NCBI GenBank assembly: GCA_965226495.1
Contig: OZ245365.1
Span: forward strand, 5,344,001 to 5,408,000
Direction: 5' to 3'
DNA length: 64,000 nucleotides
Source of the DNA: Candidatus Marinacidobacterales bacterium
Lineage (GTDB): Bacteria; Acidobacteriota; Vicinamibacteria; Marinacidobacterales; DATDRI01
Part shown: in pieces, positions 39,795 to 49,007 of the stretch
Layout: each line of letters begins with the position of its first letter
Numbering within the stretch: position 1 is the stretch's first letter
Notes under the pieces: generated by a model
What the model was told of the DNA's origin: nothing
Database searches by the model: none
What the model saw: the letters and a program-made list of their open reading frames with translations, nothing else
Translations under genes and position numbers: made by a program

Positions 39795-41135
39795 ATGCTG
39801 CGGACAGAGGCTTCTCTCAAAGACCTAGGGCTATACCGCCTTATTCCCGCGAGCCTGACGATCTTGACCATCAGTTTGTCGGGCTGCAGCCCCCCTTCGC
39901 AGGACAGTATGTACTCGCTTATGGACGGCCTCCAGGAAGCCAGCAAGCATTTCGAGGGCGGTCGTTATCCAGATTTCGTCGGCGAACCGAGCGCCTCCGG
40001 CCCGGTGGAGATCGCCGGGAGAGAGATGGAGGCGTTAACACCCCCGTTTCCATCCACGACGAGTTTCGAGATCGTAGTGCCTCGCGCAGGCTTCCTCGAG
40101 TTCTCACCGGCTCTGATCATGGCGCAACGCGTTCGACGCGCCCGAGTCGAGTATCGAATCATTCTGGAGGGGCTGGAGGGGCCTGATGGCGACGAAACTA
40201 CCAGTGTCTACCGGGAGACATTTCGAGCCAACGAAGCCAATCAGTGGCACGATCGCCGGGTCGATTTATCGCCCTGGGAAGGCCAGACCATCGTCTTGAC
40301 GTTTTCGACGCAGACGATCCCCCCGCGCGAGAACGCCTTGTGGGCCGAGCGCATCCAGACTGCGTGGGGAGATCCGATCCTTGCCGAACGTCCATGGAAC
40401 TTGTTGGCGAATAGCATCGAACGGCTCCCCTCCGAATCCGTCAATTGGTTGGGAGAACAATTCGACGACTCCGGCCTCGGACCGGACGAGCAAGTCATGA
40501 CGGCGCGCTTCTTCATCAACCTCCTGGTGGGCGGTCTGTTGGCGCTGGCAATCCGTGAGCTCTACAGACGCTACTCTTCGACGGTTATCAACCGGGAGTC
40601 TTTTGCAGACATGCTCCCGCTCTTCACACTGAGCACGATTGTCGTCATCTCGGTCGTACAATATTCTCCCGCGCTTGCCTTAGGACTTATCGGCGCCTTG
40701 TCCATTGTTAGGTTTCGAACCTCGATCGCGAGTCCCGAAGAGCTCGTTTATCTCCTGGTGTGTGTTGGCCTCGGCGTAGCATTGGGAGGAAACCACATGC
40801 TGCTAGGAATCACGACAGTGAGTGTGATAGCGCCCTTCGTCATATGGTTGAGAGGGTCGGGTGAAGCTAGGACTCCTGACCGCTTGGTTCTCACCGTGAC
40901 CGGAGATGCGAGTCGTTTCTTCTCGAGCGACGGCCCGAGCGTCGTCGACATCGTTCAGCGCATGACTAAAGTCATGACCGTGGACAGGCTCGACTATCAG
41001 GCGAAAGAAGTGTTCTTTCGAGCGCAGATTGTGGTCGAGAACCGTGACCGCGCCATAGAGCTGCTGACAACGCTTCGGGGAAGGGTTCGCCAATGCGAAA
41101 TTTCGACGCACGATACGAGCACGTCTGGGCATTAA
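39795..41135 (+). CDS. Lipoprotein extracytoplasmic domain fused to a DUF4956 membrane domain
   Basis: LSGC lipobox; WHDRRVDLSPWEGQ...AWGDP; ALGLIGALSIVRFRT...PEELVYL. Confidence 0.8.
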   Translation: MLRTEASLKDLGLYRLIPASLTILTISLSGCSPPSQDSMYSLMDGLQEASKHFEGGRYPDFVGEPSASGPVEIAGREMEALTPPFPSTTSFEIVVPRAGFLEFSPALIMAQRVRRARVEYRIILEGLEGPDGDETTSVYRETFRANEANQWHDRRVDLSPWEGQTIVLTFSTQTIPPRENALWAERIQTAWGDPILAERPWNLLANSIERLPSESVNWLGEQFDDSGLGPDEQVMTARFFINLLVGGLLALAIRELYRRYSSTVINRESFADMLPLFTLSTIVVISVVQYSPALALGLIGALSIVRFRTSIASPEELVYLLVCVGLGVALGGNHMLLGITTVSVIAPFVIWLRGSGEARTPDRLVLTVTGDASRFFSSDGPSVVDIVQRMTKVMTVDRLDYQAKEVFFRAQIVVENRDRAIELLTTLRGRVRQCEISTHDTSTSGH

Positions 41136-41271
41136 ATGGATCAGTGCGCGCTCAATCGTCGATCACGGCCGCGGGGCCCCACCGACATTACTGCATCACA
41201 GCTCGCGGGGACCCCACCCCCACGAGCTACAACTGGGCTGATGGCTCCGGCTCTCGATTCGCGTCTCGCTT

Positions 41272-41327
41272 CCCGCCTACGCTCTTCGAGCTTCGGCGAG
41301 GTCCCGCCGCAGCCTTGGCAAAGGCGG
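41272..41327. repeat. REP-like extragenic palindromic element
   Basis: CCCGCCTACGCTCTTCGAGCTTCGGCGAGG...CCGCCGCAGCCTTGGCAAAGGCGG forms nested short hairpins between co-oriented genes. Confidence 0.5.
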
Positions 41328-41386
41328 ACGCTCGCGCTGCGCTCGGGCTGAGGGCTCTGCCGCCGACCGAAGCTGGGTGAGTCCGT

Positions 41387-43513
41387 ATGGACCTTGTTCG
41401 CTCCGTCTGCGTCCTGTTGATCTCTACGGGGTTCCTCGCCGCCGAACCTCCGCAGGCGCTCAATCAGGTCAAGGACACTCGCTTCAACTACAAACGCGGG
41501 TTCTATTCTTCAGGCATCACCGTGCTCATCTCCTCCAATACCGACGGAGCACGCATCCGCTACACACTCGACGGAAGTGCCCCGACGCCTACCCACGGAG
41601 GGGGAGACCGAAACCCCCTGACCGTGGACATAGACCGAACCACGACCTTGAGAGTTATCGCTTACAAGGAGGGAATGCTTTCCAGCAATGTAGACACTCA
41701 AACCTACCTCTTCCTAAAGGATGTCCTCGAGCAGCCGGCACGAGTTCCCGGCTACCCGAACCCCAAGCTGCCAAGCGGTATCCGTGAGATGGTGACGCTC
41801 GAATACGAAATGGACCCACGAGTCGTGCGCGATCGGCACGACCGGTTTGCCATGCGGCGCGGACTCGAATCCATCCCCACTCTCTCGATCGTCATGGACA
41901 AAGACGACCTGTTTCGACGGGTCACTCTACCTGGCAGCGACCGTACTGATGTTCTTGGAAGTGGGATCTATTGGGGAGGGAGCATGGAGGGAGGCCGTTT
42001 CGGAAGTCGGGAGGGGAGCACGCGGCCCGCATCCGTCGAGCTCTTGTACCCTCATCGACCTGCAAAGAACACCCAGGTAGATGCTGCCATCGAGGGACAC
42101 AGTTGGCGCCTCGTCAAACGGGCGTTCCGGCTCGTGTTCAAGAAGGAGTACGGTACGGGAAAATTCGAATCTTCCATCTTCCAAGACGCCCCACTGAATG
42201 GCGAGACCGCGGCCGGCGTTTACGATCGGATCGTGCTCCGTTCAGGGAAGAACCGTTCCTGGGCCACGAGCTGGTATCCCAACCGCACCGCCTATACGCG
42301 CGATCAATGGGCCAGGGATACTCAGATCGCGATGTCAGGGCTAGGCTCGCACGGCACGTTCGTGCATCTGTACCTCAACGGACTCTATTGGGGTGTCTAC
42401 AACGCGTGCGAAAGGCCCGACGCTTGGTTCTTGGCTGCACATCTGGGTGGATCGATGCAGGACTGGTTCGCGGTGAACGAAGATGGGCCTTTTCATGGAG
42501 ACCCGGCGCGGTGGAATTACCTGAGGCGCGAGCTCAAAGACAAGAATATGCGAGAACCTTCCCATTATGAAGAGCTCCAGAGGTACCTGGACATAGCAAA
42601 GTTCGCGGACTACATGATCCTCTGCTGGTACATGCACGATTGGGATTGGCCAGACTACAACTGGTTCGCGGGAAGCCGTATCAATCCCCCTTCTCCCATA
42701 ATGTTTTTCGTATGGGATGCTGAGCTCAGTTGGGAGACCGGCCCGGACGCGGCAGCTTGGGTGCATCCCCGTTTTCGAGCCGACCAAGATAGCGACGAAG
42801 CCAACATGGTAGGCATATGGCATTCGCTCAGAAAGAACAGTGACTTCATGATTCTATTTGCGGATCGCGTATATCGTCATTGTTTTAACGAGGGAGCTCT
42901 GACCCAGGTCAACGTCACGGAGCGTTGGCGGTTTCTCAATCGGTTCGTCGAGGACGCTCTTCTTGCTGAGTCGGCTCGTTGGGGTGACGCACGAGAAGAA
43001 GTGGGTGCGACGAGGCGAACTCGAGAGAATACGTTCTATCCAGAGGTGGAACGAGTCGCGGAGCGGATGCGTAGAAACGTCGAGAAGCTCATTGAGGCCT
43101 TACGTGAAGAGGGCTATTACCCTGCCCTCGATCCCCCGGAGCTAAAGGTTTCGACGGCCCTGACCGGTGGGAAGGTCGTTGAGTTGGGTAATCCCAATAG
43201 GCGCAACAGGCCTAACAGGCCCAACCGCGACAATGGAACCATCTATTACACGTTGACCGGCGAAGATCCTCGCTCTCCCGGCGGCGACCTTTCGCCGAAC
43301 GCCTTTCGCGGAGCTGCCGGGAAGAAAATTACGCTGGGGCTATCTGCGACTTTGAAGGCTCGTGTCAAGACCAACGGGCCCGAAGGCGAATGGAGTGCCC
43401 TTGCGGAAGCGATGCCCGGCTTCCTGGCTACGGTCAGAGCGAACCCGTCTTTTCTCTCGGGCCCTCCGCAGTTACATCGCTCGGCGATAGCGTCACATCC
43501 ATTGCGCCATTAG
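41387..43513 (+). CDS. Secreted CotH-like kinase with flanking Fn3-associated domains (paralog 2)
   Basis: DTRFNYKRGFYS shared with paralog 1; HLYLNGLYWGVYNACERPD, DWPDYNW, FFVWDAE. Confidence 0.85.
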   Translation: MDLVRSVCVLLISTGFLAAEPPQALNQVKDTRFNYKRGFYSSGITVLISSNTDGARIRYTLDGSAPTPTHGGGDRNPLTVDIDRTTTLRVIAYKEGMLSSNVDTQTYLFLKDVLEQPARVPGYPNPKLPSGIREMVTLEYEMDPRVVRDRHDRFAMRRGLESIPTLSIVMDKDDLFRRVTLPGSDRTDVLGSGIYWGGSMEGGRFGSREGSTRPASVELLYPHRPAKNTQVDAAIEGHSWRLVKRAFRLVFKKEYGTGKFESSIFQDAPLNGETAAGVYDRIVLRSGKNRSWATSWYPNRTAYTRDQWARDTQIAMSGLGSHGTFVHLYLNGLYWGVYNACERPDAWFLAAHLGGSMQDWFAVNEDGPFHGDPARWNYLRRELKDKNMREPSHYEELQRYLDIAKFADYMILCWYMHDWDWPDYNWFAGSRINPPSPIMFFVWDAELSWETGPDAAAWVHPRFRADQDSDEANMVGIWHSLRKNSDFMILFADRVYRHCFNEGALTQVNVTERWRFLNRFVEDALLAESARWGDAREEVGATRRTRENTFYPEVERVAERMRRNVEKLIEALREEGYYPALDPPELKVSTALTGGKVVELGNPNRRNRPNRPNRDNGTIYYTLTGEDPRSPGGDLSPNAFRGAAGKKITLGLSATLKARVKTNGPEGEWSALAEAMPGFLATVRANPSFLSGPPQLHRSAIASHPLRH

Positions 43514-43553
43514 TTTGGCTGGAGTATCATCTCGGCCACAGAAGGAAGACGAC

Positions 43554-44240
43554 GTGCTGGCGAACCTGACCGATTGGTATAACAACCTGAGCCCGGAAAC
43601 GAACATGGTCGTTCGTTGTACGATCAGTATGCTCCTCGGTGGCGTAATCGGCATCTACGTCCGGGAGCTCTACAAGCGTTGCAGTACCTCCCTTTCGAAT
43701 CGGGAGAGCTTCGCGAACATTTTTCCGGTACTCACTGCGGTCACCGTGGTGATCATTTTCGTGGTCAAGTCATCGCTAGCGCTGTCTCTGGGGCTGGTCG
43801 GAGCACTCTCCATCGTTCGGTTCCGAACCGCCATCAAGACCCCAGAGGAGCTCGTCTACTTGTTTTTCTGTATCGGAGTCGGCCTCGCTCTCGGAGCAGA
43901 ACATCGGCTACTAGCCTTCGTGGCGGTCTTCGTCGTTTCGGTCTTTATCTTGAGCCGCCGCTTTCTTACCAAGAGGGCCCGTCAGCACAATCTGCTTCTT
44001 ACCGTCACCGGTGATGCGGATCGCTTCTTCGAGAAGTCCGGAGGCAACGTGGTGGACATCCTCAAAGAAACCACAAAGAGCCTCACCATTCAGCGTTTCG
44101 ACCTCGAGGAGGGGCAGGTTCAATTCCGCGCTAACGTCTCTCTGCAGAGTCCGGATGAAACCACCGCCCTCATGTTCGCCCTCCAGACAAAACTTCCACA
44201 GCTGCAAGTTTCCTACGTGAATCTAGATTCGCTGCTCTAG
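43554..44240 (+). CDS. DUF4956 membrane protein (stand-alone)
   Basis: KSSLALSLGLVGALSIVRFRTAIKTPEELVYLF. Confidence 0.88.
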   Translation: MLANLTDWYNNLSPETNMVVRCTISMLLGGVIGIYVRELYKRCSTSLSNRESFANIFPVLTAVTVVIIFVVKSSLALSLGLVGALSIVRFRTAIKTPEELVYLFFCIGVGLALGAEHRLLAFVAVFVVSVFILSRRFLTKRARQHNLLLTVTGDADRFFEKSGGNVVDILKETTKSLTIQRFDLEEGQVQFRANVSLQSPDETTALMFALQTKLPQLQVSYVNLDSLL

Positions 44241-44250
44241 TGTTCTGCGC

Positions 44251-45465
44251 TTAGGGCTGGTCGAGGAGTGCCAGGAGTGTCCTGCGGCGGGACAGGAGGC
44301 GTTCTTGGAAAACGAGCATCCTTTTCGTCCGGTCGGTACGCGCGGCTAACTGCACTTCCTCAGGAAGCCCGCTGTCGATCTTCTCCACCGTCTCCCTGAC
44401 GTTTCGCAAGGTAGCGATTAGCTTCTCTTCCGTCAGAAGGCCTTCTAAGAGACTACGGAGGACGCGTTTGTATCAAGAATATAGCTGCTTGTCTTCACGA
44501 ATGACGAAATCGAGATCCATTTCGCAAGCGTAGAGCAAGGGGTCGCGAAGCACCAACCCTGCCCGAATCGGCATCTCTTGAACGTCATCGTAATCCCAAG
44601 CCACCAAATCGAGCCGTCCCCACTGAGCATCTTTAGCTCGCTCTTCGAAGAGGTAGAGCTCGTTGCGAGAGTCTCCGTTCTCGGACAGGCTGTTGAACGC
44701 CAGCCAGCGAAGGTAGCGGTCAAGGTTCATTTTGCGATCTAGCTCGTCCTCCAAGGCCTTGCCGTTCTCTTTCCTCGTCGCGCGCCGTATCGAGTGCACA
44801 AGGCTCAACGGATCGGACTGAGGGATTGAGTATTTGACGGAGTACTTCACTCTTGCTCTCCGACCGTTTGGCCGTATCACGGAGACTACGTTAGATGAGC
44901 TCCGGCGGATGGCGTCCTCGGGTCGCTCGACCAATAAGTAGAGTCCTTGCGGTTTTCCATTGATAAAGATGCTCACGTACTGAAAATAGCTTGGAAAAAG
45001 GCCCAGCTTCGCAAGAAGACGATAGCCGGTGACCATCTCGAAACGATGCGGATCGAAGAGCATGTTCAGCAGAAGGAATTTGCGGAGCTTGACCTCAGTG
45101 AATCTCTGCGTTTCGAACAGGGTGACTAGAAAGCTCTTGCGTTCCGACCACCTGGTCGTCGCCCCGCGAACGCGCAGCATCGCCGGCATGGCCGGCCCGC
45201 TGGCAAACGAGATATCCACTTGCGCCTGGAATCTGAGGCGTTTCCGGAAATCCAGGACGACGCTTTCCGGCATGCCCAGGTCGACTCTGAGACCTGGCCG
45301 ATCGATTCGCCGCTCGGTAAAAATGCGCCGGGCCTTCCCTTGCTCGGGCAGTGTGTCGAAGCCAGTTCCTTGTTCCGTATCGGGGAGGCTAAGCGCAACG
45401 AAGATCCCGATCGCCACCAGGACCAACGGGAGAAGGAGCCAAGGGAAGAGGGAGCGCAAACGCAT
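44251..45465 (-). pseudogene. Membrane-anchored CotH-like kinase (paralog 3) with a premature in-frame TGA
   Basis: N-terminal TM; RVRGATT..RKSF, GLYLLVE, NGDSRNE, VAWDYD. TGA at 44473-44475 (LYS*YKRVLRSLL); the frame stays open to TAA at 44251. Confidence 0.8.
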
Positions 45466-45502
45466 CCGTTTCGTTGGGCCCTAAGACGGGGTGAAACCAG
45501 CG

Positions 45503-46969
45503 TTACTCAGTCGCCGAGGAGCCATCCAATAAGCCGAGTTGCAGACAGCCTTGCACGTATTTGGACGATTTCGTGACATAAGGCTCGATGGGATGCAGCA
45601 ATGCTCTCAGCGCTTCACTGTTGGCGGTCGGAATCTTGGCCTCCAGGATCACAAGCTCTGACCCCTTGGTGCCGAACGCCTTTCGTGGACGGTTCAACCC
45701 CCTCTGAGAGTAGCTGACGATATCCTCATCCAACGTGATGCGCGCCGGGCTTCCCGATGCGCGAAAATACTCGCGCCGATACCGTGTCATCAGGACCGCC
45801 TCTGGACGGGCCAGCAGCATTTCTGCTGCAGGCACTGGCAAAACCCTCTGCAGCTCGGCCAAGATTTCACGATAGGTCATATCTCCCAACGGCTGATGTG
45901 CACGGAGCTCAACACGTTCTTTGTGAATCATGGAGTCGACGCGCCTCTTGATTTCGAAAAAAAATCGCCCGCGGCGGTCATCGTCATCGTACCAGCGAAG
46001 CCTGACTTTCGCCCTTCGCGGCACACCATCCAAGTTCTCTTGACAGCCGCTCAGTCGAACGTCGTCGTAATAGATAGTGCTGACCACCGAACTAGGTCCG
46101 TTGTGTATGATACGCTGACAGTTAACCTCGAGTATCGAGCGCACTTTCGCTACATCGGCGTTAGGGAGGGCAAACTTCACTTCTCGACGCGACAGATCGA
46201 CTCCTGATGATTCTCGCGGCTCCTCGACCACTTCCAGTTTCGCCGACGACGCGGCGGTCACCTTACCGGCCCGCTCAGAAATCGCCTTCCCACCGCCCGC
46301 CTGAACGTCGTCGATAGCGACAGAGGATACCTTGAGTTGAGGGAGCACCCCTCGGAGCTCCTCCAAAACGTCAGTCGTTTCCTCAGTTGCTTCTAGAGTC
46401 AACATGGCGCGGAGCTCCACTCGGTCGCCATCCTGGTCGAGCCGCTGAAACGTAACTGGCTTGATCTTGCTCAAGCGCTCCAGACCGGACAAGCCATCAC
46501 TAGGGAAAAAGTGCTCCGCGTCGCCGGCAATTTTCAGGATCAGCGTCCTCTCATAGGCTGGATGATTCGCGACCTGGCGGAAGATGACGAACGTGGCCAC
46601 AATCACCGCGGCGACGAGGGCGAGAGTAAGCTGACCTGCACCTAGCGCCAAGCCCATCGAGACGCAGAACAACAGGTAAACAATCTCCTCCGGGCTCTTG
46701 ATAGGTCCCCGGAACCGGACAATCGTGAGTGCTCCAATTAGACCCAGCGAAAGAGCAAGCGATGCCTGAACGACCGCGATGACGACGATGGTCGTCATCG
46801 TGAAGAGCGGAAACATTCTTGCGAACTCCTCCCGGTCGGACGCAGTGGTTCCGAAGTGTTTGTAGAGCGCTCCAATGAAAAGCGCCAAGAGCCCTCCCAA
46901 GGTAAGGTTGAGTCCAAAAAACAAGAGGGCTCGAACGTCTTCTGGAGCCAAACCTAGGGAAATGTTCAT
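45503..46969 (-). CDS. DUF4956 membrane domain fused to a VTC (polyphosphate polymerase, CYTH/TTM-like) domain
   Basis: SLALSLGLIGALTIVRFRGPIKSPEE, then RREVKF, STIYYD, KVRLRWY, FFEIK, YRREYF, RITLD, ILEAK, SKY. Confidence 0.88.
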   Translation of the reverse strand: MNISLGLAPEDVRALLFFGLNLTLGGLLALFIGALYKHFGTTASDREEFARMFPLFTMTTIVVIAVVQASLALSLGLIGALTIVRFRGPIKSPEEIVYLLFCVSMGLALGAGQLTLALVAAVIVATFVIFRQVANHPAYERTLILKIAGDAEHFFPSDGLSGLERLSKIKPVTFQRLDQDGDRVELRAMLTLEATEETTDVLEELRGVLPQLKVSSVAIDDVQAGGGKAISERAGKVTAASSAKLEVVEEPRESSGVDLSRREVKFALPNADVAKVRSILEVNCQRIIHNGPSSVVSTIYYDDVRLSGCQENLDGVPRRAKVRLRWYDDDDRRGRFFFEIKRRVDSMIHKERVELRAHQPLGDMTYREILAELQRVLPVPAAEMLLARPEAVLMTRYRREYFRASGSPARITLDEDIVSYSQRGLNRPRKAFGTKGSELVILEAKIPTANSEALRALLHPIEPYVTKSSKYVQGCLQLGLLDGSSATE

Positions 46970-47002
46970 TGGGTGCTCATTTCCATTCGAGAGCGGCTCG
47001 AA

Positions 47003-47674
47003 TCAACTCGCCACCCGTACTCCGGAGCGAAGCGTCACGATCCCGGTGGCTGCTAGCCACAACGCCCATAGGTGAAAGATGGGCAAGTAGAAATGCAGGT
47101 CATCGGGGAAACCCATGGTCACCGCCATTGCACCGACCCCAATGACCGCTGGAATGACGCCGAGCCACACCGGCAGTATTTTCCACTTCAATAGACCGGC
47201 TGCCGTGACCAGCAACCCAAAGCCCGAGAAGACACGCCCAAATCGAACGAGACAGGTGATGTATTCCGTGTCGGTTCGCAGCGAGTCGATGTAGCTGCGA
47301 ATCTCCGCCCCCGACTTTCCGACCATCTCGAGAGCGCCCCAAGCACCGAAATGATAGTAGAACGCCGCACCTGCCGCACCCACCATCAGCCCCGCCACCG
47401 TGACCGCCACGCCGGGCCAAATCAAAATCCGCGCTTCCGCGTCGGTGAGTAACGCCCCTAAAGCAACCAACGCCATAACGGATACAACAATACCGAAGAA
47501 ATGAATCCGGTACATCCATATCCAGAACCTTAGGTTCTCAGCGACCGCGGAGAAATCTCCGACTTGGAAGAACGTCCCGATGCGGGTTGGGAGGAAAATC
47601 CATCCGAGCCACAGAAGCAAACCAGCGGCTAGGAATGCTGACCCTGTTACCTGCGTGCTGAAGTCGCGTTTCAT
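47003..47674 (-). CDS. Hypothetical multi-pass membrane protein
   Basis: About six hydrophobic segments; GGGAGA RBS. Confidence 0.75.
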   Translation of the reverse strand: MKRDFSTQVTGSAFLAAGLLLWLGWIFLPTRIGTFFQVGDFSAVAENLRFWIWMYRIHFFGIVVSVMALVALGALLTDAEARILIWPGVAVTVAGLMVGAAGAAFYYHFGAWGALEMVGKSGAEIRSYIDSLRTDTEYITCLVRFGRVFSGFGLLVTAAGLLKWKILPVWLGVIPAVIGVGAMAVTMGFPDDLHFYLPIFHLWALWLAATGIVTLRSGVRVAS

Positions 47675-47838
47675 CAAGATCTCGTTCTCCCAGAAGCGGC
47701 GGTTACCGAGATTGTCGTAGTACCACCACGTAGCTTCCTTCGAGGGCCGATGCGCGATCGGAGGGAAACCTCACGGCGCGCACCGAGCGTGAAGGCCACA
47801 ACCGAAGGGCAACCACAGCGGAAGGGCCTCGAGAAAAA

Positions 47839-48243
47839 TCACTTCGCTTCACTGATCTCGAGTAGGTGCCCGTCGGGGTCTCGGAAGAAACATCGCACTT
47901 CGGCGCCCCAGTCGTGCGGCGGCGTCAAGAACTCGGCTCCGCGTGATTTCAAGATTTCGTGAGCTTCCCGGCAATCCGGTACGCGTATCGTCATGGCGTG
48001 GCTCACACTCGCGAGGTCGCTTGAGGGCTCGAACGTCACCCCCGGCTTGTCCTCACTCGGCGCTCCTCCCGTCACCAGAAGGAGCCAGCTTCCCTGAAAT
48101 TGCAGGACGCACGACGTCCCTCCGTACTCCCGGTAAACGGTGGCACCCAGGACGTCACGATAGAAAACCTTCGCCCGCTCAAAGTCACCTACCACCAAAA
48201 TGTGGGTGAGCTCCATTCCCTCTTTCGGAAAGCGACCATCCAT
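47839..48243 (-). CDS. VOC/glyoxalase family protein
   Basis: FYRDVLG, RCFFRDPDGHLLEI. Confidence 0.9.
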   Translation of the reverse strand: MDGRFPKEGMELTHILVVGDFERAKVFYRDVLGATVYREYGGTSCVLQFQGSWLLLVTGGAPSEDKPGVTFEPSSDLASVSHAMTIRVPDCREAHEILKSRGAEFLTPPHDWGAEVRCFFRDPDGHLLEISEAK

Positions 48244-48284
48244 CCCAATATCCTTTTCTAACACGAAGCTCTTGTTCCTTTATT

Positions 48285-48359
48285 CCCTCGTCCCCCGAGG
48301 GGGGACTGCGGGCGTCAATCTTGCTATCAATCCATGAGGTCAGACGCCGGGTGAGGGGG
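48285..48359. repeat. REP-like palindromic element (CCCTC...GGGTGAGGG type)
   Basis: CCCTCGTCCCCCGAGGGGGGAC...GGCGTC/GACGCC stem...GGGTGAGGGG; resembles 55156-55187. Confidence 0.4.
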
Positions 48360-48362
48360 CCT

Positions 48363-48986
48363 CTAATCTTCAGAAGTGTACGTGAAGTCCTTGGCAAATC
48401 CACAGCGACCGCTCACCTCCCACTGGAGCGGAGCATCGTTCATCCGAAAGATCTCGGCCACGATCTCTTGTCCCGGTTCATCGGCTCCCGGAATCCCACA
48501 GAAGACCGGCGTGTCGACGACAGCCGGCTTGGCGGTCCGCGCCTTCACGAAATCCCCCACATCCATCCGCTCACTTCCGGACGTGTGGTCCAGCGCGATA
48601 CGAGCCGATCGCACCGCGTAGACATCGTCTATTGCGTGTGCAAAATTACGGAGCGTCCCGCCGCCACTTCGACCCAGGAAGATGTCGGTCAGAGCTTCTT
48701 TGTGCTCGGTGCCGGCCCCTTCGTCTATGTAGAGAACGACACGCCATGGCGGCCACTTCGTACCCGCCGGCGAAGGCTCATCTCTGCGATAGGTGCCAGC
48801 CATCACGACTGAAAGCCCGGAGAGGTCCAGCGTGTCAGAGCGCCCGTCACTGATGCACCAAGAAAGGGCGAAGTCGCAGGTGTCATACGACGCGCGCCGG
48901 AGGTTCCGATGGGCTCGGCACGGGCACACCGCCTCGCAATTGCATACTTCATAGTAAGTCCCCGAAAGATGCCACGGCTTTCCCAT
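48363..48986 (-). CDS. DUF1326 family protein
   Basis: W.LSG.YYEVCNCEAVCPC, LSGLSV, LYIDEGA, IFLGRSGG. Confidence 0.85.
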   Translation of the reverse strand: MGKPWHLSGTYYEVCNCEAVCPCRAHRNLRRASYDTCDFALSWCISDGRSDTLDLSGLSVVMAGTYRRDEPSPAGTKWPPWRVVLYIDEGAGTEHKEALTDIFLGRSGGGTLRNFAHAIDDVYAVRSARIALDHTSGSERMDVGDFVKARTAKPAVVDTPVFCGIPGADEPGQEIVAEIFRMNDAPLQWEVSGRCGFAKDFTYTSED

Positions 48987-49007
48987 GTCACACGCTCCGC
49001 TGCATTA

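Noticed and set aside
44473-44475. TGA recoding (Sec/Trp/Gly) as a genetic-code feature
   Set aside because: Many intact genes here end in TGA, the context suggests Arg, and no SECIS-like hairpin was recognised.
37698-45465. Sporulation locus because of CotH
   Set aside because: The proteins have export signals, the organism has outer-membrane genes, and no sporulation genes are present; the SpoIIE domain nearby is a generic PP2C.
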